Source of the DNA: Podarcis pityusensis | Lineage: Eukaryota | Direction: 5' to 3' (one strand) | DNA length: 64,000 nt | Assembly (NCBI GenBank): GCA_964106645.2 | Contig: OZ067041.1 | Shown: positions 50,139-63,138 of the stretch, piece after piece | Layout: every line of letters begins with the position of its first letter | Numbering within the stretch: position 1 is the first letter of the stretch | Notes under the pieces: generated by a model | Told to the model about the DNA's origin: nothing | Seen by the model: only the letters and a program-made list of their open reading frames with translations | Databases searched by the model: none | Program-made: the position numbers and the translations under genes

Positions 50139-50966
50139 CATATATATTTAGGATGCAACAGCCTACTTAATATTGTAAATCAAAATGCTGAAAGATTCTG
50201 AATTTTTCTACTAGAGATATTCACTCCATTATGTTTAAGACGTTGCTTTTAAAAATTACTTTCTTACACGTGCATGCTTCGAATGATGTAGAGTGCTATT
50301 TGGGTGTTCAGATTACCTGTATCTGATTAATTTACTTATCTCTACCTTTCAGTGGCGCTATTGTGAAAGCCAGCATGTTGCATTCATTAACTGATTTCTT
50401 CCTCTTCTTCTTCTTCCCATAACTTAATGTGAATTATTCATAGGCAATTATTATTGAGTTTCAGAAAATAACTTGTTAGTGTTCCTTAACAGATTGTAGA
50501 GTTTGGGCAAGCTCATTAATGGGACTCTATTCAAGACTGCTTGCCTCTCTTGAAATATTTGTAGAAGGAGCTGATGGAGAAAATGCACAACTCACTCTCT
50601 CTCTCTCTCTCTCTCATGTGTGTGTGTGTGTTTAACAGTACAATGGTGCAAAACAAAACCTAAGAATCACTTCACACAGTATATGTTTCTAGCACACTTC
50701 TATGTAGAAATTGTGTGAAAGCCATGTGCAGATTGTCACACACGATGCCCGCACACATGCTGTGGTCATTCGCGACTTCCTGCCACATACAGGTCCCAGT
50801 GGAGTCATGCTGTGCGGTTGTTGCAAAGTATTGTCCATGGATAGGGTTTCCTTCTGTTTCTGCCTTTTCTCAGAAAAGAATGAGGTAAAATGGTCCTTGG
50901 AAGCCATCTTGGGCTTGAAAGTGGCACTTTGCTTATATAATATTATTGATTTGTTTAAACAGCTTA

Positions 50967-51546
50967 CCGTATTTTTCACTCTATAGGACGCACCGGACCA
51001 CAAGACGCACCTAGTTTTTAGAGGGGGAAATCAAGAAAAAAAATATTATTCTCCAGCCCCAAAGAGCAAAGAAGCCAAGACAGCGAGCAGGATCCATCCC
51101 GCTGGCTGTCTTGGCTTCTGCCATAGCCGTGCAACCTCTCCAGCCGGGAGCTAAACCTCTCCAGCGTGGCTAAAGAAGCGTGGCTAAAGAAACCAAGGCA
51201 GTGAGTGGGATGGATCGCGCTCGCTGCCTTGGCTTCTTTAGCCTTGTGCAGCCTCTCCCGGCTGGAGAGGCTGCGCGCAGCTATGGCAATTCCCCCACCT
51301 CCTGCAAAAGCCCACAGGAGCCGAGCACCCTTTAAGGAGCGTGCGGCTCCTGTGGGCTTTTCTACGAGGAGGGAGAAGGGACTGACTGGCCCTTCTCCCT
51401 CCTGGGGAAAAGCCCGCAAGAGCCGCGTGAAACTTGTGGGGCTTTTCCTGCCTGTCTTCCCCCTGCATTCACTCCATAGGATGCACAGACTTCCCCCCTT
51501 AGATTTTAAGAGGGAAAAAGTGCGTCCTGTGGAGCGAAAAATACGG
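50967..51546. mobile_element. Tc1/mariner non-autonomous element
   Basis: TA|ccgtatttttcactctataggacgcac ... gtgcgtcctgtggagcgaaaaatacgg|TA; related to 11960-12218. Confidence 0.88.
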
Positions 51547-52314
51547 TATATACCACTTGGTTACAATAGTCCCTACGTGGTATACAGAAAATATAATACC
51601 GAACAGGTGAAAATTGGTTAAAACTATTAAATCAAGCTTAAGTTACAATGCCTGCTGGATTAAAAGTCTTCGGTAGGTTTTGGGGTCAGGGGTAGGTGGA
51701 CTGTGTTACCTCAGCTGGAAGGAGGTTCCATAAAATTGGGCCCAGTTTTATTAATGCTCCATGTATAGCAAATGAAGCAAAGCCCATATGTCTCAGCCCA
51801 TTTGTTTCTGTTGGGATAGGGCCCTGGGATTGTTCCTTAATTTTTTAGTTGAAGAATTTCCTGGGGGTGGGCGATTTTGATCTGTGGTGCTGCAAATTAA
51901 AGGGCTAGTTGTGCTTGGGAATATTTTAGTTACTGTAATAGGGAACGAAAATGAAAATATTGGCCTTTCCTCCTAGCACTGAGTAATAGTAATGGGCTTA
52001 CTTAGTTGAATATTACACCCTGCTTGCTTCAATATCTGGAAAACCCTACATTAATATGCAAACTATTTAAACCTAAAGCAGTTACAAGGCACATGACCAA
52101 ATCAGTTACAGAAATAGCAGCACTGTTTTTAATATTTTAAAAATTCTTGTTCCTCTCTGTTCCTTAATATAGAACAACAAACTGAGTGAAATAGACTCTG
52201 GTCTACTGTTTTTAGCTCCTGCTATTCTGAAAAATAATTTAACCTTGTTTTGTCTTTTTTAAAAAAACTCTGCTCAGAAAATAAAGCAAAGTCATCTTGC
52301 TTTTGTCGTTCCAG

Positions 52315-52379
52315 GACACCTGCATGTTAAAGGGAGTGAGAAAATGTCAAAATCACTGAAAAACTACATTACCATTAAG
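52315..52379 (+). CDS. CARS2: CARS2 exon 9
   Basis: GHLHVKGSEKMSKSLKNYITIK|gtattg; KMSKS motif. Confidence 0.95.
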
Positions 52380-52709
52380 GTATTGTAAACTGGCACACAC
52401 TTCCATTTAACTTGAATCCTCTGAACAGTTGCCACCACCGGGAATGTGTTTTTTGGTGTTTTTTTTAAATCAAGCTCCTCTCAGTGGATTTGGCCTGTAC
52501 AGGAAGAAACTTGAAGAAGGAGCTCTTAAGATCAGAGGGTGGGATGGAGGAATGCTTGAGGCCTGGCCCAGCTCATATTCGAGATTACCTGTGCCACCCT
52601 GGGCGTGTCTACTTGGGCACAAGTCCTATAGCGTTCAAGAGGACTTGGTCCCAGGCAAGTGTATTTAGGATTGCAGGCTCAGTACAGAAGAGCGTTCCCA
52701 TCTTCTAAC

Positions 52710-52956
52710 TAGGGCTGGGCCATATCTGGTTTTCATCATCATGGTATATCATCAGCTAAGCATTATGATATTAGGATGTCTGAAATGAGGATGGAGTTAT
52801 GTAGAGACATTGGCTGCCTTCACAGTTTTCCCCGCATTGTGAATTTTGCATAGCGCGCGCGCGCGCACACACACACACACTATTGCCAAGTCAAAAATTA
52901 TGAAAACAGTATCATGATATGAAATTCAAACCAGCTCTGGACATCGCCCAGCTCTA
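52710..52956. mobile_element. hAT non-autonomous element
   Basis: tagggctgggc ... gcccagctcta TIR; TSD cttctaac/cttctgac. Confidence 0.8.
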
Positions 52957-52998
52957 CTTCTGACTCTGCACTTGCTTTAGCTTCATTGGTTCATGAGA

Positions 52999-53346
52999 GG
53001 GACAAAGGTGGCGTTGTGGTCTAAACCACTGAGCCTCTTGAGCTTGCCGATCAGAAGGTTGGCAGTTCGAATCCCAACCATGGAGTGAGCTCCCGTTGCT
53101 CTGTCCCAGCTCCTGCCAACCTAGCAGTTCGAAAGCATGGGAAGGTAAACGGCGTTTCCATGCGCTCTGGTTTCCGTCAGGTGTTCCATTGCGCCAGAAG
53201 TGGTTTAGTCATGCTGGCCACATGATCTGGAAAGGTGTCTATGGACGAACGCCAGCTCCCTCGGCCTAAAAGCAAGATGAGTGCCGCAACCCCATAGTCG
53301 CCTTTGACTGGACTTAACTGTCCAGGGGTCCTTTACCTTTACCTTT
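52999..53346 (+). mobile_element. Sauria SINE (Squam1) with internal deletion
   Basis: Head, body and (ACCTTT)n tail recognisable; flanked by ttggttcatga/ttgattcatga. Confidence 0.88.
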
Positions 53347-55406
53347 GATTCATGAATTTATGTCTAAGCAGAGATGGCGGAGGATTAAACAGGTATCAAA
53401 GAGAACACGGCTCTGTATATCTATTGTAGTTGTATTGCACTCATCCTCCAAGGAATCCTTGGGGACCTCCTTGAGGTTATTCTACAGTATCCATGATTCT
53501 TCACACCACATCAAAACGTTCTGTTTAACAGGCTTTTTAAAATGTAGTGTTACTTGTTACAGGGATTGGTGAGGATCATTGGGCCCTAGTTGCTGGACCA
53601 TGGGATTCTGGGCCTGGTGGGAGTTGAGTCTAACAACATTTATATCCAGCTCTTGCTCAGAGGAGGCCATCGTTTTCCCTTATTTTGTCCTCGCAACATT
53701 TTTGAGGTCCAGTGTAGCGCCATCCAATGCAGTGAGTCCAACTGTGTTCAGGATAGCAGCCCAAGGCTGCAAGCTTACCTGGTAGTAAGCTTCACTAAAC
53801 ATAACAGGCCTGCTGTCTTGAGTAAACAAGCGGTAGGAAGTGTAAAGCAGAGGTGGGAAAATGCATAGTTTTCCAGATGTAGTTAGACTTCAGCTCCTTC
53901 AGCCTCAGCCAGCATGGCCCAAGGCTAGCATCTTGTCCACCATGCTAGCTTTAAAAATGCCTGCATGTTGTTGGGAAGAGGACATCGTGATAAATTCTTT
54001 GGAACGCAAAGGCGACATTTTGTTTGCCTGTGGATTTTTTTGCACGTCCTTCGCAAATCAGTTGTATATTGTAACTGGGGGAATCTTTTGGATGGGCTAG
54101 TTGGCATAGTAATTGATGGGTAATTTTTCTTCACTCATCTTAAAGAAAAAAATAAACTCCTTAAGGTGAGTTTCAGTCCACTGACCCAGACATCCTCTTG
54201 TTTATTCATGAGAAAACTCTCATGTGGAAAAATCCCCCCTGAAAATCTGCAGGATTGACTGCTTTCCTTTTAGGAATGAACAGATTCCAAAGGACTAGTC
54301 AGGCGTCGTTTCCCTCTCTTTCTGGACTCAAGTTGAATAGTGTCTGTCAAGCTGTGCTTGTTCTTTTGAGTCTTCCTTCCTGATACTCTCACCCCGAGTT
54401 TAGTTTAAGTTGCTAACAGTTTATTATATTGTTCCGTGTCCTGCTCAGAAGACAGGACATAAAAATAGTGCTTCTAATATTGAGCGGTGAGAGTATCTGC
54501 ATTTCTTATACCTAGGAAGCCAAATTCAGATATTTCACTCAGACTGTAAAATGATGCAGGTACATGTCATGTGTTTAGATACACACACAAAATTCACTTT
54601 ATTCTGAACCTGCTCTTTGTGTTTTTGTAAAATTTGGGTTACATTTTTAATTTTGTGAAATACTAATGGGTACTAGGAGGAAGTTTAGCAGGCAGTAACT
54701 AGGAGGTACATAGCCAGAAGGAAGTGACTGTAGTTTAGGTGCCTAAATTCCATCCCCGGACATGGGGCCCATTTGCAGCCCTGTGTTTCTGTGCATTCTG
54801 ACATTTCTGCAGCAGTGAGAACTAGAAGCTTGGGTTTTCCCACTTTAAATGAAAACTCAAAATTCCTTGTCAGATTCTGCTGCAATCGGTGCTCATGGAA
54901 GCAGGGATTGCTATCTGCCTTGATATAATCCTCTTTATGAGGTATATAATAGCAGAGGGTCGGGAGCTTTGAGGTGCGTGGAAGGACTTGGGATTGTGTT
55001 TGTTAACGAAGGTCTTCCTGTTGTAAACTGGAAGGTCTGTCCCAAACGTGCAATCCCAGCCCTGTACGCAAAAATTTAATTCATGTGAGTATTGAAGGCT
55101 GAATGATGATGATGATGATGATTTCCTTTCTATCACACCTTTCCTCAAAGTTGCTGAAGGTGGCCTGCCTCCTCCTCATTTTATCCTCACAACTCTGCAA
55201 GGTAGGTCAGCCTGAGACGCTGTGGTCTTCTAAGTCCTAGCCCAACACTCTGACCACTACATGCAATCTGGGATTTTGCAGCGTGTCGGATTCTGTCATG
55301 GAGACTATTTTCCAAGACTGGCAATGTCCTTTATGACCCTCTTATAACTATTAGTTATAAGGAGAGCTAGAGCTTAATATGTATTTCTTTTTCACTTTGT
55401 CTTTAG

Positions 55407-55473
55407 GATTTCCTGAAGAAGTTCTCACCTGATCAGTTTAGGATGTTTTGCTTACGGAGTGGATACAGATCAT
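55407..55473 (+). CDS. CARS2: CARS2 exon 10
   Basis: DFLKKFSPDQFRMFCLRSGYRS T|gtaagg. Confidence 0.94.
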
Positions 55474-55829
55474 GTAAGGAAAACTCCTTTGAGTAGAGAT
55501 GGACTATCCATAAAGTCATAATTACGTATATGCTTTGTGTGTACATTTATAAGGCATGTCTTTTGGGTTGGGGACTTTTTTTTGAGAGTGCTATGATTTT
55601 GGGGCGTGAGGGGTTTTTTTTTGTCTGTACTCTTGAACGTCAAATCAATTTTCAGATGTAGCCCTGTGTTGACTGGTGGTAGGAAGAGTGAGGGGGCCAT
55701 TAAATCCATTCCCATACCTGAGCCACGTGAGATTAATAGTTTTTAATAGTAGCATAACCATTGTTCTCTGTTTATATAATAATGCTGATGCTTTGACGGA
55801 ACAACATAAAGCTGAATTTATTTTCCTAG

Positions 55830-55968
55830 CTATTGAATACAGTGATGACAGCATGAATGATGCAAAGAACATTCTTCAGACAATCTGTTCTTTTGTGAGC
55901 AGTACACATGCCTACATGAAAGGACAACTTTTGTGTGAAGCCGTTAGAGAAGATCTACTGTGGGAGAG
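55830..55968 (+). CDS. CARS2: CARS2 exon 11
   Basis: IEYSDDSMNDAKNILQTICSFVSSTHAYMKGQLLCEAVREDLLWE AG|gtgag. Confidence 0.94.
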
Positions 55969-56703
55969 GTGAGTGTGAAGGCCTGTTGTTTTGTGTGTTA
56001 TTGGCCTGGTATGTGATAAAATCCTGAGAAGTTACCATTTCAGCTGGTACGCAACAAGTGCCTTTATATGCTTTCCCTATAAACGAAGTGAGAAAATAAT
56101 CCCTGCAAGTAAAAATGACAAGCACATCAGAGAAAGAGGTTTTAACTCATCCTGTTAGGTTTTTTTTGCTTCCAGAGTACAGTATTGTTTTTTCCTCCCG
56201 GCTGTGTGTGTACTTTGACGCCTTCTATTTTGTAGTTTAGCCTTCCTTGAGTTGTCTTTGCTTTGATTAATTAGCATACCCTGTTCACTTTTCTCTTTTA
56301 ATAGTTTTAAAGAGAGTCCAGGCACAACACAAGGCTGTCGCATATCTCTTCTATTGATTGATTATATGGTCATGAATCAAAATCTATTCAGTTGTATTAG
56401 TGAAAAGAGCCATATTCTCTGAACACCAGCTTCTGACGCTTCGTAATTTCTTTTCCAGTAACACATAAATCTTTCCTATTCCTCAAGAAACAGATTTATA
56501 GATCTTCCTTCCCCGAGTTTAATACCGTATATTATCTTCAATAATGCTAATGTCTTCCAAATTTTAATGAATTGGATGCTAGGAATTGCATTTCTACTCT
56601 GGCCACTTGCAGTAGCCATGTTTGTGGAGATTAGAAGTATTAACCGAGCTTTAATCTCAGTTTTGGTGGGATCCAATGATACAGCCGCAGGTATGGCTGT
56701 CTT

Positions 56704-58290
56704 TATGGAGATACATATATATGTATAGAGAGAGAGAGAGAGTTTTCATTTTTCTACATATCAATTTTTTAAAAAATTCAAACTTTGAAACATCCAATGA
56801 CTTCCCTTCTTCTCCTTCCATTGAATTTATTTTAATGCCGCCAGCATTTTGAGCTGTGTACAATTATTTTCCATATATTCAATAAATATTTTCCACTCTT
56901 CTCTAAATATACGTTCTTCTTGCTCTCTTATTCCGTGGGTTAAACCTGCAAGTTCTGCATATTGTAACATCTTAAGTTGCCAATCCTCTTTTACAAGGGA
57001 CCTCACTCACTTTCCATTTCTGGGCCAACAAAACACGGGCCGCTGTTGTTGCATACATAAATAAACTTTTCCGGGACCTGGGAATTTGTGTCTGGGTTAT
57101 TCCCAACAAAAAGGACTCTGGTTTTTTTGGGAAGGTAAATTTAAACATTTTTTTCCAGCTCATTATAATTCAGGCATAGGTAAACTTGGCCCTCCAGATG
57201 TTTTAAGACTGCAGTTCCCATCATCCCTGACCACTGGTCCTGTAAGCTAGGGATGATGGGAGTTGTACTCCCAAAACATCTGGAGGGGCTGAGTTTGCCT
57301 ATGCCTGTTATAATTCTTTCCCCAATATTACTTCACTTTTCTGCATGTCCACAACACATGGAAAAAGGTTCCTTCTACTTCTTTACATTTCCAACACATA
57401 GCTGATTGTGCTTTATACTTATTAGCCAACCTACTGGGAGTTAGGTACCATCTATGGATTATTTTTAAATAGTTCTCTTTCAGAGAATAACACGCAGGAA
57501 ATTTCAGATCATTTTTCCAAAGTTTCTCCCAGAGGTTTAGGTCTATATTGTGTCCTATATCTGTTGCCCCGTGCGTCATTGATGCTTGTCATTTGTTTTC
57601 CATTCTAATAAGAAATTATACATTTTAAACAAATGTTTATCCTTATTTTGCAACCATTCTTTTTCAAATTGTGAGCTTTGGTCTGAAAACCCTTTTTTTT
57701 TAAAAAAAAACAAACTAAACGTTTCATAATCTGGTGGTATTGTAACCAATCCGTAACATGGCTCCTTAACTTCTCTGTAGGTTTCAGTCTGGGTTCTGCA
57801 AAGTCCAGCAATTCCCATTGTCTATCCATATTAACTCTCTTAATTGTAATTGCTCCGATGGGTGATTACCATAAAGGTGTGTTTTCCTTTCTAGCAGATT
57901 TTTATATTTCTCCCAGACTCTCTACAAATTCTTCCTGAGAATGCGGTTCATAAAACTCTTACAGATTTTAGCTTTCCCATACCAAAGACATGCATGCCGG
58001 CCAAATTCCTAAGAGAGGAATAACGAGGCAGCTTGCTGCTGGAGTGCATTAGAGCCCAGCAACCGCGGCAGGACTGCCGGGACGGCCCGGCTCCTCACAG
58101 AACTGAGTGAGCCCATTGGGAGCTTGCTTTGGTCACTGCAGGACCCCGTAATGTCCTGGCCGTCCCCAGGACTTTCTTTGGGGTGCTTGTTGCCTCTGAG
58201 CTGCCCCCAAACTCCCAAAAGCAGCCGCCGGGTTGCTGTGATAGCGGCACCAGCTGCCTTCTCCCCTCGCAGCAAACCGGAAGTCCAGAA
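56704..58290 (-). mobile_element. L1-clade LINE, apparently internally deleted (GC-rich 5' end joined to ORF2 3' part)
   Basis: HRWYLTPSRLANKYKAQSAMCWKCKEVEGTFFHVLWTC and FMYATTAARVLLAQKWK; atggctgtctt duplicated at 56693-56703 and 58291-58301. Confidence 0.8.
57171..57307. mobile_element. Palindromic hAT MITE nested in the L1
   Basis: caggcataggtaaact ... agtttgcctatgcctg; perfect TSD ttataatt. Confidence 0.92.
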
Positions 58291-58654
58291 ATGGCTGTCT
58301 TAAAATGACTAGAATGTCTGTGTACATATAAACCTATACATTCACAAAGATCATCCGGAACTGTAAACACCCACATATTAATGCCAACGTTCTCCACTCA
58401 AAAAATGCAGTGAAAATGTAACAGTGATTAGCAGAAGGGAGTTTGTTCAAGAGGGCTTCCCCAGTCTTTTCATAGAGCATCCGTTACGTGGCAGAATATT
58501 GCCCAGCAGGCCCCTGCCATTGGTTGGTGACAGCTGTAGCCATTCGGATTTTTCTTCCCTGTCGATGCACACTCTTGGTATAGAAATGGCAGATTTCAGG
58601 GCCACCACTAGGTGTGATGGCTGCAGAAACGTTTTCAGAACCTTTATCTGTCCT

Positions 58655-59568
58655 TTTTTAAAAATAATAATAATAATAAAATTTTTTATTAAGTACAAAT
58701 TAGAAAACATACATATTTACAACAAAAGAAAATACAAAAGGAAAAGAAAATACATACAACCAAGGAAAAAAATTAGAGAATACTTTGTCTCTTTTCATAT
58801 TTACAGTTATTTATACCTCTATAAAATGCTATTCACAATAAAGGAGTGAAATGAAAGATAAGATACCAGAAAAAAGAAAAAAGAACAAAGAAAAAATAAT
58901 GAAGTAAAAGAAAAAGATCATAGGTGAAAATTTTTAAAAGTAGATAAGTATTCACTATACATAGCCGTTTCCCATCTACAGTGGTGCCTCGCAAGACGAA
59001 ATTAATCCGTTCCGCGAGTCTCTTCGTCTTGCGGTTTTTTTGTCTTGCGAAGCACGGCTATTAGCGGCTTAGCGGCTATCAACGGCTTAGCGGCTATTAA
59101 CGGCTTAGCGGCTTTAAGAAAAAGGAAACAAACTCGCAAGAACTTGCAAGACGTTTCGTCTTGCGGAACGACTCAAAAAACGGAAAACTCTTTCGTCTAG
59201 CGAGTTTTTCGTCTTGCGAGGCATTCGTCTTGCGGGGCACCACTGTATATTTATATTCAATTGTATAATTTCATCTTGTCCTTATCTACCTTAAATAAAG
59301 TGTGTGGGTTTTTTTAAAACACTTCCACCATTTGCCTCACACATTTTTAATAATCCGTTCGTCAGATCCTCTGTTCTTCATATTTTCCCTTTGGATTTCC
59401 TTAATGTCTCACTTTGTATTTTTAATATTACGCACAAGATTATTCTAAACACAACCAGATTTTTGTAGTCGAGCCCTGGTTTTGTAAATAATCATTTAAG
59501 AACTCCCATTCCTTCATAACCATAGTTTTGGATTTTCTCCTTATTATATCCGTCAGTTTTGCTAGTTC
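58655..59568 (-). mobile_element. 5'-truncated L1 3' end
   Basis: Minus strand reads ELAKLTDIIRRKSKTMVMKEWEFLNDYL, then a T-rich 3'UTR; 19-bp TSD cagaacctttatc(t/a)gtcct at 58636 and 59569. Confidence 0.8.
58979..59245. mobile_element. Tc1/mariner MITE nested in the L1 3'UTR
   Basis: TA|cagtggtgcctcgcaagacgaa ... ttcgtcttgcggggcaccactg|TA. Confidence 0.9.
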
Positions 59569-59941
59569 CAGAACCTTTATCAGTCCTAAACGCACGCACA
59601 GTGTGCCTGGAAGATGGGCTGCAGAGAGGTAACAGGCAACCGGAAGTCTTGTAATCTCCCATTCATTTGTCCCTTCTGTTGTAAGAGAAGTATCCGTCCT
59701 CCTTTAATAGTGATTTACCAAATGGCACTTGGTCCAGCTTGTGTGAAGCACTTTTGCTCCCCATGGAAAAGTTGGAGCAGGAACTTAGCCGCCTCCTGAT
59801 GAAATTGTTGGTCAAACTACTTAACCTGGGATACATCCTGCCAAAAGTGCATTTTAACTAGCCGGTCGGTTTACGTCTGGGGCTTTTCTAAAAAAACAAC
59901 AACACTTCCGTTGTCTTAAATTTTTTCCCTCCTTCTCCAAG

Positions 59942-60065
59942 GCTAGCCAACACCAAAGCAGCGGTGAAGTCTGCGTGTGCCGATGACTTTGACACCCCCA
60001 GGGCTATTGGTGCAATTATGGACCTCATTCACCATGGCAACAGGCAGCTGAAGGCCGTCACTAAG
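59942..60065 (+). CDS. CARS2: CARS2 exon 12
   Basis: ccaag|G CTA; [41 protein letters not shown]|gtaac. Confidence 0.94.
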
Positions 60066-60380
60066 GTAACCCGTTAGGAGACGAAGATCAGAAACCGACC
60101 ATTGTCTAAACGGTTCTGTACTGACAGGTTGGCTTTATCATTTTCCTAGGCGAAACCTGCAAGGAAAAATAATGACAAATGATTCTCTCCCCCACCCTCT
60201 GCCACATCCCAAGACAGGCATTTATACAAACTACATTTCTAGAATCAGAAACCTCTTTTGCTGTGTTTCAGAGCACCAAAAGTTTTATTTCCTTCTTGCT
60301 ACTTGGTATTCTTAGGCAGCTGAAGAACTTTTACACGAGCCTTTTTTCTTCACTAATCACACCGTTCAGTTATGTATTTA

Positions 60381-60630
60381 CAGTTGTACCTTTGTTTTCG
60401 AACAGCTTAGTTCCCGAACGTTTTGGCTCCTGAACGTTGCAAACCCAGAAGTGACTGTTTTGCTTTGTGAACTATTTTTGGAAGCCAAACATCTGATAGG
60501 GATTCCGTGTCTTCCGATTGGCTGCAGGAGCTTCCTGCAGCCAATCAGAAGCCGTGGTTTGGTTTTTGAATGTTTTGGAAGTTGAATGGACTTCCGGAAC
60601 GGATTCCGTTCGACTTCCAGGGTACAACTG
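60381..60630. mobile_element. Tc1/mariner MITE
   Basis: TA|cagttgtacc ... ggtacaactg|TA. Confidence 0.85.
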
Positions 60631-60829
60631 TATTTATATGAGAGAGAGACAGAGAGAGAGAGACGGAGGAGTACCCAGGTAATCTTTCGTAGAAACTGTT
60701 GTTTTCCTGAGTTTATTCTGTTCTTTCCCCTTTTCTTGCCCAAAAGTTGGCTTGTTGTGAATTTAAAAGAAAAATAGCTTCCAGCACTGTTGTAGTGGTA
60801 AAGATTTTCAGGTGTGAACTGACTGGCAC

Positions 60830-60965
60830 CAGGGCTTTTTTCCAGCTGGAACTCGCCGGAACTCATTTCTGGCACCTCTCAGGTGGGCGCCATTTCCATT
60901 ATAAGAGAACAAGGCAGGTATTCATGGTGAGTTCTGGCACCTCTTTTTCTAGAAAAATAGCACTG
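60830..60965. mobile_element. Small DNA-transposon-like element
   Basis: cagggctttttt ... aaaaatagcactg imperfect TIR; no clean TSD. Confidence 0.5.
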
Positions 60966-62366
60966 GTGGTAGCGTGACAGACATAGCAACCAGGTGGAGC
61001 AGAGTGATCCTGAACTTAGAAGTCAGAGTTGTCCTCATCCCCAGGAGGACGACTTGCTCCTGTTGGTCACTAGTGGTGGGCTTTGCTGCAGGAGAACCAG
61101 GAGGAGTCTGGCTCCAAGCCACCATAGACAGCTCATCCCTGTTGGTTTGCTTACAGACAGAGCAACACGTTGCTAATATATGGGGGCAAGATGATGATGC
61201 ACAGTGACCGCTGTTAGTATGGCGCTAGGATTATATTTACCCCCCCCCAAAAGTTTTCCTCCAGAATGGCATGTAATTGCCACAGAGGCCATAGGAAGAT
61301 TGGGGATTTATGTACTGTGTTGGGAAGGCAACCGTGAATAGGCAGAAATGCTGCCCTGCTTGTGCGGAGCACTTTGGGGCCTAATCGTGGAAGAAATTAC
61401 GAGCAAATGTTTTTTGGTCGGTCTACTTTTAAGCCTATCTTCATGCCCATTAAAGTCTAGAATTGGTGAGTTAGTTATTAAATGGCACCAGATATTCAGG
61501 GAGTGTTGAATACTCTGCCCAAGGCAAAATGTTGAAATCCGTGAGTGTGTGTGTGTTTTGGGAGAAACTGCCTGCTTCCTACTTGCTTGATACCCTTCTC
61601 ATTTTGAGTCTAATGGGTAAAGTCCTAAATGGCCGCTACCTCTGGAGCACTGAACTCTTTAGTTCCATGCTTACTGTTTTTAAAGTGCCTTTTCTGTAAG
61701 CCACTTTAGTGAGCCATCTGATTGCGTTAAGTAAAGTTTTATCTACGTACAGCGCACAAACACACACACGGTTAACTGTTAACAAAAGAACACAGTGTTT
61801 TGGTTTTTTAAAAAAAGTATTGAATCTTGGCAGTATACATTCTAGCTCAGTGAATATCTGCATGCAATCCATCATCTGTGACATTATTATTATTTCCTAA
61901 TGTTTTGCCCCCTGTTAAATTGATTTCTTGGAATTATGATCTTCACTAAGGCGAAGTTGCTTCCCTCCAAATCTTGACTTGCCCGAGATCTGTTATGTAA
62001 CCAAGGCTGTATCGTAAAACTCTCTGCAGATATTTTATCCTTCCCACTCACCACACAAACATTGAAAATACAAAAATCTTTCACTATGCTTAGCCAGGCT
62101 CCACAATGAGAAAAGCTGGCCTCTGTAACTTGTATAAATTGTGCAAATGTGTACAGACTAGTGTTTTGACTGTTCAGGACGACGGACGAGTAAAGCTGGG
62201 AAGCCCTGTTTGTCTGCTGAACGAAATAGGAGGCTTTCACACAGTTTTGTGCATGGCCTTTGCAACAGTAAAAGCTGGAAATGTGTGTGGAGCACTTAAA
62301 TGGAGAGCTGAGATTGGCAAAGCTAGATGTTGAACCCAATGTTAGTGCTGTTGCACAGAACTGCAG

Positions 62367-63138
62367 AATAATAATAATAACAACAACAACAACAATAATT
62401 TTTTATTTATACCCTGCCCTCCCCAGCCAGAGCTGGGCTCAGGGCGGCTAACACCAGTAAAATTACAATAAAAACATAATGGGGGCGGGAACACACACAC
62501 AAAACACAAATTTATTAAAATACGGGTTAAAATACAATTTAAAATGCAGCCTCATTTTAATGGCAGTCCATAGATCAAAACTATAAGGGGAGGGAAACAT
62601 AAGGGTCAGACTGAGTCCAAACCAAAGGCCAGGCAGAAATATGTCAAATCCCGCAGGGCCCTAGTCTCTTGTGACAGAGTGTTCCACCAAGTTGGGGCCA
62701 GTACTGAAAAGGCCCTGGCCCTAGTTGAGACCAATCTAAGCACCTTGCGACTTGGGACCTCCAAAATGTTGTGATTTGTGGACCTTAAGGTCCTCCGCGG
62801 GGCATACCAGGAGAGGTGGTCCCGTAGGTATGAGGGTCCTAGGCTGCATAGGGCCTTAAAGGTCAAAACCAGCACCTTAAACCTGACCCTGTACTCCACC
62901 GGGAGCCAGTGCAGCTGGTAAAGCACTGGATGAATGTGATCCCGCGGCAAGGACCCAGTAAGGAGCCTCGCTGCAGCATTCTGCACCTGCTGGAGTTTCT
63001 GGGTCAGCTTCAAGGGCAGCCCCGCATAGAGTGAGTTACAATAATCAAGCCTGGAGGTGACCGTCGCATGGATCACTGTGGCCACATCAGGGAGAGAAAG
63101 GTAAGGGACCAACTGCTTGATAATGCGGAGATGGAAAA
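62367..63138 (-). mobile_element. L2 LINE, 5'-truncated
   Basis: ATVIHATVTSRLDYCNSLYAGLP...QNAAARLLTG...HIHPVLYQLHWLPVEYRVRFK, with microsatellite tail. Confidence 0.93.

Noticed and set aside
59055-59115. Short regularly spaced repeats resembling a CRISPR or iteron array
   Set aside because: No unique spacers; they are the internal tandem repeat of a TA-flanked MITE in a vertebrate intron.
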